Source: Leptogorgia sarmentosa
Lineage: Eukaryota
Length of the DNA stretch: 64,000 bases
Direction of reading: 5' to 3'
NCBI GenBank assembly: GCA_964658305.1
Contig: OZ210885.1
Span: forward strand, 16,182,001-16,246,000
Shown here: positions 22,618-32,500 of the stretch, one piece after another
Position numbering within the stretch: the stretch's first letter is position 1
Layout of the letters: every line of letters begins with the position of its first letter
Notes under the pieces: model-generated
What the model was told of the DNA's origin: nothing
What the model saw: the letters and a program-made list of their open reading frames with translations, nothing else
The model's database searches: none
Translations under genes and position numbers: made by a program

Positions 22618-24276
22618 ATTTGTTTAATAATCGTTTTAGCTATTTACATAAGGCGAAAGTGCAATGCCCGCAAGCCAAAGTCCAAAAGATCATATACACT
22701 GGACTAGACCAGCTAGCTGTTCGTTAATGGCTTAAAAGCCCACACATATAAAAGAAAGCGTCCAGCGCTAATTGTCCTCGTAGCTAATGGGACACATGTT
22801 CAGGATGGCCTCATAGAGACCCTCCTTTATGTCCGAGTTTACACTGCCCATGCTCTCGGGGTGCGTGGATGCATAAAAAATGTCATAGGCTATCCGCGCA
22901 TCAGATGGTATGCCATCAAGTTCTTTCTGGGCATCAGCAGGAAGGTCGGGAAGGTTTGCAAATTTGTCTTTGGCATCAACATACGTCCGGATGCGATCAT
23001 ATTGGGCAAAGGATATACCAGGGGGGGAGGTACCAGGAGGAACCACAGGATCGAGCAGCGTGGAGGTGGATAGATCCATACAGTCAGTCGGCCACTGGAG
23101 GGAGTGGAGACTGTTCAACATGTCCGAACTTGGAGTCGGAAGAGCCTTCCAAACAGGGTGACGATACAGAAGGGTTTTCTTGTATTTCGCGTGTAACTCG
23201 GGCGGAATCCGGCGTGACACCGAGGACACCCGTTCACGATCAGCAGCTGTTACATTGGACCCGAGGATATTCGCTCGCAAAAACTCACGTTCATACTGGT
23301 CATACGTGGGCACATCGGGCTTGTCTTTCTTCGCAGGAAGAGCAGGACCAGATGTGGATCGCTGACGCTTTCCAGTATCTGGATTAAGCATGGTAGACGT
23401 GGAGGAGGTATCATCTTCAGGGAGTTGCTCGGAATTGTTCCCACTGGGAAGCACAGGAGAGGCGGAGGTATCTGAGGCAGCTCCAGGCGGAGTAGGGGGT
23501 GTCAAGGGAGGGGGGTCATCGACCACCATAGCAGGACCGGCCACGGTCTCACCAATGATACGGGCTGCAGGAACTTTACTGGTCTTCTTGAACGGGCAAT
23601 CTTTCGAGATATGCCCCGTCTGTTCGCAACGAAAGCACTGTTGTACTTGGCCGCGATAAAAAACATTAACTGGATAATGCGCGATGGTAATACGAGACGG
23701 GATGGGCTTTCATACTTCCATTTTCACAGAGTAAACAGAAATTCCAATCCCGTTGACGAGTTCTCTGCGAATTTTCAAAATGTTGCCATACTCGGATAAC
23801 CGCGATTTAATTGCATTTTCGGTGGTCCCATAGACCACCCTCGTTAGTTTGATCCACTGGGTATTTGGAGCAGCGACCAACTTGACCGGATGCCCACGGA
23901 AGGTCAGCCCGGCATGAAGTAGCCCTTCAGCCTGACGACTGTCATGACAGTGCAGAACAAAGGTTGTAGCCCCAGACTGCATAACATTATCGATGTGTGT
24001 CGATGCTTCAGGAAGTTGACGACAGAAGTCTTCTATCATCTCTTTCAACGTGACAGGAGCGGTAGCTGCGTTCTCCATAACAGCAGCTGGAATCGTGCCC
24101 ACCAGGGCTCTAGCGGCGAAAGGGACTGCAGCCATTGATACCAGCGAACCAACGACCACCGACAGCAAACCAACAGGACGCCAATCCTCAGCCAAACTTC
24201 TCCAAAACTTCTTCTTTTTCTTCTTCTTCTTCTTCTCTTCAAGATACTTCGTTAATCAACAGGACTCTTCTCTCTT
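22618..24276 (-). mobile_element. ORF1-only (HAL1-like) Tx1-type retroelement, copy 2 (~1.66 kb), at U2 nt 22-24
   Basis: Flanked by U2 nt 1-24 and nt 22-37 (TAA duplicated). The 5' end GAGAAGAGTCC is shared with copy 1. It has a GAA-rich leader, a single ORF and a ~150-bp 3' UTR. Confidence 0.9.
22768..24135 (-). pseudogene. ~455-aa ORF1-like protein (RRM-like region, CCHC knuckle, disordered linker, conserved C-terminal domain), one in-frame stop
   Basis: ORFs 23710-24195 and 22768-23544 are in the same frame, separated by TGA at 23710-23712 where copy 1 has Arg. Knuckle: CFRCEQTGHISKDC. Confidence 0.88.
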
Positions 24277-24300
24277 TTAGCCAAAAGGCCGAGAAGCGAT
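24277..24300 (-). ncRNA. U2: U2 snRNA gene B, 5' fragment (nt 1-24)
   Basis: Reverse complement ATCGCTTCTCGGCCTTTTGGCTAA. Confidence 0.95.
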
Positions 24301-24560
24301 GCCTCCTTCGCCGTTCCACGCCATCTTTTAAGCGAGAAAAGCAAGGTGAAAAAATGCGGTCCTCCTTCGCGCCGCCATCATCAGCCGCAACAGCGAAATC
24401 GCAAGCGAAACGAGCCGCAAACGTTGTGGCACGCGGCGATCATGACGCGTACAATAAATCGCTTGTGCGCTGCTAATTAATTCGGCTGCACGCGCGAAAT
24501 TGCTCGCGACGCACGTGTGTTCTCCACGCATTTCTGGCGATTTTTCGGAGGGCGCAGTGG
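24301..24560 (-). promoter_or_regulatory. U2 upstream promoter region, copy B (candidate PSE TTCACCTTGCTTTTCTCG at about -51 to -34)
   Basis: Conserved with 13663-13920 and immediately 5' of U2 +1. The PSE assignment is an inference. Confidence 0.65.
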
Positions 24561-24585
24561 AGGGCGAAAATTTCAAAATTTATAT

Positions 24586-25069
24586 TATAGCAAAATTTCA
24601 CCACATTTAACCTACCTTGATAAATTAAACGCCACATCGTCAATGACTCAAAAAAAACAAGATTGCTTCTTCATATATCACTGTTATGAAGGGTGTTAGA
24701 GAAGTTGGTTAAATTATAGCAAAATTTCACCATATTTAACCAACCTTGATAAATTAAACGCCACATTGTCAATGAAGATTGCTTCTTCGTATATCACTGT
24801 TATGAACAGTTTTAGAGAAGTTGGTTAAATTATAGCAAAATTTCACCATATTTAACCAACCTTGATAAATTAACCGCCACATCGTCAATGACTCAAAAAA
24901 ACAAGATTGCTTCTTCGTATATCACTGTTATGAACGGTGTTAGAGAAGTTGGTTTAAATATAGCAAAATTTCACCACATTTAACCAACCTTGATAAATTA
25001 CGCTACATGGTACATGACTATAAAGAACGAGTTTGCTCCTTCATATATCACTCTTATTAAGGGTGTTAG
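24586..25069. repeat. Tandem repeat, ~115-130-bp unit, 4 copies
   Basis: TATAGCAAAATTTCACCA(C/T)ATTTAACC...GGTGTTAG recurs at ~24586, 24715, 24831 and 24959. Confidence 0.9.
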
Positions 25070-26562
25070 TACGATGGCCGAGGAGGGCCACTTCAGACTT
25101 CTAACTTCTAAGTTCCGATTTCTGACTTCTCACTTCCGTCTTCTAACTTCCGCCTTCTAACATCTGACTTCTAACTTCCAACTTCTAACTTCCGACTTTT
25201 AACTTCCGACTTCTAACTTCCGACTTCTAACTTCCGATTTCCGAATTCGAATTTCTCCCTTCAGTATGGATCCATCAAAGGCGTCTCTGGAGCGAAGAGA
25301 TAAAATTTTAAAACTTGTTTCACAAATAAGAAAGGAAGAAAAAGATCAACGCCTGAGCGAAAAGAGAAAAATGGAGGTTCAAGACAAGAAGAAGAAGGTA
25401 AATATCGAATTAGACAATGTATGTTTTCTGAGATTTGTGGTTGTTGATCTTCACTCTGCAGGGGGCTGTTGTCCCTTCAGTCTTCACTCGCACAGAGCAT
25501 AAATTTGATAGTTTATTCCATTAAATCAAGATACTAAATACGCACGTATACTTGAGTGAAGTGTTAAAATTGAGGTTGATTATATTTGTAATTTGTATAG
25601 ATTCTGTGTATATTTGTAATTTGTGACAACATCATCAATTTGTTGTCTCTTTTTCCTTGTTGATAATATAGCTTGTGCATTGTCTAGAATACAAGGAACA
25701 ATAGTATTATACAACATTTGTGACAAATATATCTCTTTTATTGACACTGTCCTATCAATTAACCATTTGTAGAAACAAACTCAAAGTAAGGGGTTTATTT
25801 ATCTTGGCTGGAGACATAGGCATTCTGTATCCACCCCATATGTGCAAATACGTGGCATTGAAAAAGGAGGAGGACTACGGAGAATCCCATTCCAAGAATT
25901 TACAGTCTCCCAATTGCTTGACGAAGCCAAAAACATCTTTTTCCCCGAAGGTAAAAGTGGTTATGCGAAAGCATGTGAGCTTGATCTCTGCAAATGCAGC
26001 TTAGGAAATTTCACTGGACAACCTCTACCATTAGATGATCCTGACTTTTCATTTTCTCAGTATCTGGCTGATAATGGATTATATGCATCCCGTGTGAGAT
26101 TTTATTTACTCACAACACTCAAAGATCAAGATACTCTCGTCAACAGTAATTCAAGCTGTGGATCTGGACAATTTGATCAAAATTTGTCTACAACAACACA
26201 AACGGAATGTGGCAACGATGATGCCTTTGATCCAAGAATGGACAATGAAAAAGTTGAATTTGAAAAAGATGCATCTGAAAGTCTCTTATATGTTGATGAT
26301 AAAAAAAGATCAATTTTGCTGGAATTTTGCCGGCATAAAATCTCAAACTACACAAGTGAGGTTAGTTCCCAGTTTGTAATTGGTTGGGATCATTGCTATT
26401 CAGCTAAATCCAGCAAATTTTTGGAATGTGAACCAAACCTATACCACCCATGTGATCACAATTTTACTGTATCATCTATCACAATCGATAACAACACATA
26501 TGTCAAACCAGTTGTTGACAAAGATGCCTCACAGTCTGAGAATATCATGCAAGATACGTACT
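25070..26562 (+). mobile_element. Left end of a second IS3EU-like DNA transposon, truncated by the 5S array
   Basis: Begins TACGATGGCCGAGG, interrupting the tandem repeat. A 7-mer subterminal repeat (ACTTCYR/ACTTCTA)n spans 25100-25245. A spliced gene follows (exon from 25266; exon ~25772-26560 with YLGWRH...YVQIR...GGGLR...AKNIFFPEGKS), recognised from memory as the N-terminus typical of TE-borne HECT genes. Confidence 0.6.
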
Positions 26563-29500
26563 GTTCTCGTCTGATCACCGAAGTTAGGCCTAGGTGGGAA
26601 AAGTTAGTACTTGGATGGGTGACCACCTGGGAATACTTTGTGTTGTAGACTTGCTTCATTTTATTGTATGTGTGTTTGTAAATAGGTTTGCTTTCAATTT
26701 CAACTTCAGGATTTTGTTATTGTTACACGTTTAAAAAGTGTAACTTCCATCAACAAATGTCTACGACCATACCAGTAGGAAAATACCGGTTCTCGTCTGA
26801 TCACCGAAGTTAGGCCTAGGTGGGAAAAGTTAGTACTTGGATGGGTGACCACCTGGGAATACTTTGTGTTGTAGACTTGCTTCATTTTATTGTATGTGTG
26901 TTTGTAAATAGGTTTGCTTTCAATTTCAACTTCAGGGTTTTGTTATTGTTACACGTTTAAAAAGTGTAACTTCCATCAACAAATGTCTACGACCATACCA
27001 GTAGGAAAATACCGGTTCTTGTCTGATCACCGAAGTTAAGCCTAGGTGGGCAAAGTTAGTACTTGGATGGGTGACTACCTGGGAATACTTTGTGTTGTAG
27101 ACTTGCTTCATTTTATTGTATGTGTGTTTGTAAATAGGTTTGCTTTCAATTTCAACTTCAGGGTTTTATTGTTACACGTTTAAAAAGTGTAACTTCCATC
27201 AACAAATGTCTACGACCATACCAGTGGGAAAATACCGGTTCTCGTCTGATCACCGAAGTTAGGCCTAGGTGGGAAAAGTTAGTACTTGGATGGGTGACCA
27301 CCTGGGAATACTTTGTGTTGTAGACTTGCTTCATTTTATTGTATGTGTGTTTGTAAATAGGTTTGCTTTCAATTTCAACTTCAGGGTTTTGTTATTGTTA
27401 CACGTTTAAAAAGTGTAACTTCCATCAACAAATGTCTACGACCATACCAGTAGGAAAATACCGGTTCTTGTCTGATCACCGAAGTTAGGCCTAGGTGGGA
27501 AAAGTTAGTACTTGGATGGGTGACCACCTGGGAATACTTTGTGTTGTAGACTTGCTTCATTTTATTGTATGTGTGTTTGTAAATAGGTTTGCTTTCAATT
27601 TCAACTTCAGGGTTTTGTTATTGTTACACGTTTAAAAAGTGTAACTTCCATCAACAAATGTCTACGACCATACCAGTAGGAAAATACCGGTTCTCGTCTG
27701 ATCGCCGAAGTTAAGCCTAGGTGGGCAAAGTTAGTACTTGGATGGGTGACCACCTGGGAATACTTTGTGTTGTAGACTTGCTTCATTTTATTGTATGTGT
27801 GTTTGTAAATAGGTTTGCTTTCAATGTAAACTTCAGGGATTTTGTTATTGCTACATCTGGAAATACTTTGTATTGTTGTTTTGCTAAATGTTATTTAATG
27901 CCTATTTGTAAATATAATTCCTTTCAACTTCAACTTCAGGGTTTTGTTATTGTTACACGTTTAAAAAGTGTAACTTCCATCAACAAATGTCTACGACCAT
28001 ACCAGTAGGAAAATACCGGTTCTCGTCTGATCGCCGAAGTTAAGCCTAGGTGGGCAAAGTTAGTAGTTGGATGGGTGACCACCTGGGAATACTTTGTGTT
28101 GTAGACTTGCTTCATTTTGTTGTATGTGTGTTTGTAAGTAGGTTTGCTTTCAATTTCAACTTCAGGGTTTTGTTATTGTTACACGTTTAAAAAGTGTAAC
28201 TTCCATCAACAAATGTCTACGACTATACCAGTAGGAAAATACCGGTTCTCGTCTGATCACCGAAGTTAAGCCTAGGTGGGCAAAGTTAGTACTTGGATGG
28301 GTGACTACCTGGGAATACTTTGTGTTGTAGACTTGCTTCATTTTATTGTATGTGTGTTTGTAAATAGGTTTGCTTTCAATTTCAACTTCAGGGTTTTGTT
28401 ATTGTTACACGTTTAAAAAGTGTAACTTCCATCAACAAATGTCTACGACCATACCAGTGGGAAAATACCGGTTCTCCTCTGATCACCGAAGTTAAGCCTA
28501 GGTGGGAAAAGTTAGTACTTGGATGGGTGACCACCTGGGAATACTTTGTGTTGTAGACTTGCTTCATTTTATTGTATGTGTGTTTGTAAATAGGTTTGCT
28601 TTCAATTTCAACTTCAGGGTTTTGTTATTGTTACACGTTTAAAAAGTGTAACTTCCATCAACAAATGTCTACGACCATACCAGTAGGAAAATACCGGTTC
28701 TCGTCTGATCACCGACGTTAAGCCTAGGTGGGCAAAGTTAGTACTTGGATGGGTGACCACCTGGGAATACTTTGTGTTGTAGACTTGCTTCATTTTATTG
28801 TATGTGTGTTTGTAAATAGGTTTGCTTTCAATGTAAACTTCAGGGATTTTGTTATTGCTACATCTGGAAATACTTTGTATTGTTGTTTTCCTAAATGTTA
28901 TTTAATGCCTATTTGTAAATATAATTCCTTTCAATTTCAACTTCAGGGTTTTGTTATTGTTACACATTTAAAAAGTGTAACTTGCATCAACAAATGTCTA
29001 CGACCGTACGAGTAGGAAAATACCGGTTCTCGTCTGATCACCGAAGTTAAGCCTAGGTGGGCAAAGTTAGTAGTTGGATGGGTGACCACCTGGGAATACT
29101 TTGTGTTGTAGACTTTCTTCATTTTATTGTATGTGTGTTTGTAAATATAATTCCTTTCAATTTCAACTTCAGGGTTTTGTTATTGCTACATCTGGAAATA
29201 CTTTGTATTGTTGTTTTGCTAAATGTTATTTAATGCCTATTTGTAAATATAATTCCTTTCAATTTCAACTTCAGGGTTTTGTTATTGTTACACGTTTAAA
29301 AAGTGTAACTTCCATCAACAAATGTCTACGACCATACCAGTAGGAAAATACCGGTTCTCGTCTGATCACCGAAGTTAAGCCTAGGTGGGCAAAGTTAGTA
29401 CTTGGATGGGTGACTACCTGGGAATACTTTGTGTTGTAGACTTGCTTCATTTTATTGTATGTGTGTTTGTAAATAGGTTTGCTTTCAATTTCAACTTCAG

Positions 29501-32500
29501 GGATTTTGTTATTGCTACATCTGGAAATACTTTGTATTGTTGTTTTGCTAAATGTTATTTAATGCCTATTTGTAAATATAATTCCTTTCAATTTCAACTT
29601 CAGGGTTTTGTTATTGTTACACGTTTAAAAAGTGTAACTTCCATCAACAAATGTCTACGACCATACCAGTAGGAAAATACCGGTTCTCGTCTGATCACCG
29701 AAGTTAAGCCTAGGTGGGCAAAGTTAGTACTTGGATGGGTGACCACCTGGGAATACTTTGTGTTGTAGACTTGCTTCATTTTATTGTATGTGTGTTTGTA
29801 AATAGGTTTGCTTTCAATGTAAACTTCAGGGATTTTGTTATTGCTACATCTGGAAATACTTTGTATTGTTGTTTTGCTAAATGTTATTTAATGCCTATTT
29901 GTAAATATAATTCCTTTCAATTTCAACTTCAGGGTTTTGTTATTGTTACACGTTTAAAAAGTGTAACTTCCATCAACAAATGTCTACGACCATACCAGTA
30001 GGAAAATACCGGTTCTCGTCTGATCACCGAAGTTAAGCCTAGGTGGGCAAAGTTAGTACTTGGATGGGTGACTACCTGGGAATGCTTTGTGTTGTAGACT
30101 TGCTTCATTTTATTGTATGTGTGTTAGTAAATATAATTCCTTTCAATTTCAACTTCAGGGTTTTGTTATTGTTACACGTTTAAAAAGTGTAACTTCCATC
30201 AACAAATGTCTACGACCATACCACTAGGAAAATACCGGTTCTCGTCTGATCACCGAAGTTAAGCCTAGGTGGGCAAAGTTAGTACTTGGATGGGTGACCA
30301 CCTGGGAATACTTTGTGTTGTAGACTTGCTTCATTTTATTGTATGTGTGTTTGTAAATAGGTTTGCTTTCAATGTAAACTTCAGGGATTTTGTTATTGCT
30401 ACATCTGGAAATACTTTGTATTGTTGTTTTGCTAAATGTTATTTAATCCCTATTTGTAAATATAATTCCTTTCAATTTCAACTTCAGGGTTTTGTTATTG
30501 TTACACGTTTAAAAAGTGTAACCTCCATCAAAAAATGTCTACGACCGTACGAGTAGGAAAATACCGGTTTTCGTCTGATCACCGAAGTTAAGCCTAGGAG
30601 GGCAAAGTTAGTACTTGGATGGGTGACTACCTGGGAATACTTTGTGTTGTAGACTTGCTTCATTTTATTGTATGTGTGTTTGTAAATAGGTTTGCTTTCA
30701 ATTTCAACTTCAGGGTTTTGTTATTGTTACACGTTTAAAAAGTGTAACTTCCATCAACAAATGTCTACGACCATACCAGTAGGAAAATACCGGTTCTCGT
30801 CTGATCACCGAAGTTAAGCCTAGGTGGGAAAAGTTAGTACTTGGATGGGTGACCACCTGGGAATACTTTGTGTTGTAGACTTGCTTCATTTTATTGTATG
30901 TGTGTTTGTAAATAGGTTTGCTTTCAATTTCAACTTCAGGGTTTTGTTATTGTTACACGTTTAAAAAGTGGAACTTCCATCAACAAATGTCTACGACCAT
31001 ACCAGTAGGAAAATACCGGTTCTCGTCTGATCACCGACGTTAAGCCTAGGTGGGCAAAGTTAGTACTTGGATGGGTGACCACCTGGGAATACTTTGTGTT
31101 GTAGACTTGCTTCATTTTATTGTATGTGTGTTTGTAAATAGGTTTGCTTTCAATGTAAACTTCAGGGATTTTGTTATTGCTACATCTGGAAATACTTTGT
31201 ATTGTTGTTTTCCTAAATGTTATTTAATGCCTATTTGTAAATATAATTCCTTTCAATTTCAACTTCAGGGTTTTGTTATTGTTACACATTTAAAAAGTGT
31301 AACTTGCATCAACAAATGTCTACGACCGTACGAGTAGGAAAATACCGGTTCTCGTCTGATCACCGAAGTTAAGCCTAGGTGGGCAAAGTTAGTAGTTGGA
31401 TGGGTGACCACCTGGGAATACTTTGTGTTGTAGACTTGCTTCATTTTATTGTATGTGTGTTTGTAAATATAATTCCTTTCAATTTCAACTTCAGGGTTTT
31501 GTTATTGCTACATCTGGAAATACTTTGTATTGTTGTTTTGCTAAATGTTATTTAATGCCTATTTGTAAATATAATTCCTTTCAATTTCAACTTCAGGGTT
31601 TTGTTATTGTTACACGTTTAAAAAGTGTAACTTCCATCAACAAATGTCTACGACCATATCAGTAGGAAAATACCGGTTCTCGTCTGATCACCGAAGTTAA
31701 GCCTAGGTGGGCAAAGTTAGTACTTGGATGGGTGACTACCTGGGAATACTTTGTGTTGTAGACTTGCTTCATTTTATTGTATGTGTGTTTGTAAATAGGT
31801 TTGCTTTCAATTTCAACTTCAGGGATTTTGTTATTGCTACATCTGGAAATACTTTGTATTGTTCTTTTGCTAAATGTTATTTAATGCCTATTTGTAAATA
31901 TAATTCCTTTCAATTTCAACTTCAGGGTTTTGTTATTGTTACACGTTTAAAAAGTGTAACTTCCATCAACAAATGTCTACGACCATACCAGTAGGAAAAT
32001 ACCGGTTCTCGTCTGATCACCGAAGTTAAGCCTAGGTGGGCAAAGTTAGTACTTGGATGGGTGACCACCTGGGAATACTTTGTGTTGTAGACTTGCTTCA
32101 TTTTATTGTATGTGTGTTTGTAAATAGGTTTGCTTTCAATGTAAACTTCAGGGATTTTGTTATTGCTACATCTGGAAATACTTTGTATTGTTGTTTTGCT
32201 AAATGTTATTTAATGCCTATTTGTAAATATAATTCCTTTCAATTTCAACTTCAGGGTTTTGTTATTGTTACACGTTTAAAAAGTGTAACTTCCATCAACA
32301 AATGTCTACGACCATACCAGTAGGAAAATACCGGTTCTCGTCTGATCACCGAAGTTAAGCCTAGGTGGGCAAAGTTAGTACTTGGATGGGTGACTACCTG
32401 GGAATGCTTTGTGTTGTAGACTTGCTTCATTTTATTGTATGTGTGTTAGTAAATATAATTCCTTTCAATTTCAACTTCAGGGTTTTGTTATTGTTACACG

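Noticed and set aside
13639..24576. ORFs over the U2 promoters (13639-14073, 24135-24476, 24328-24576)
   Set aside because: GC-rich non-coding promoter sequence. The frames are not preserved between the two copies.
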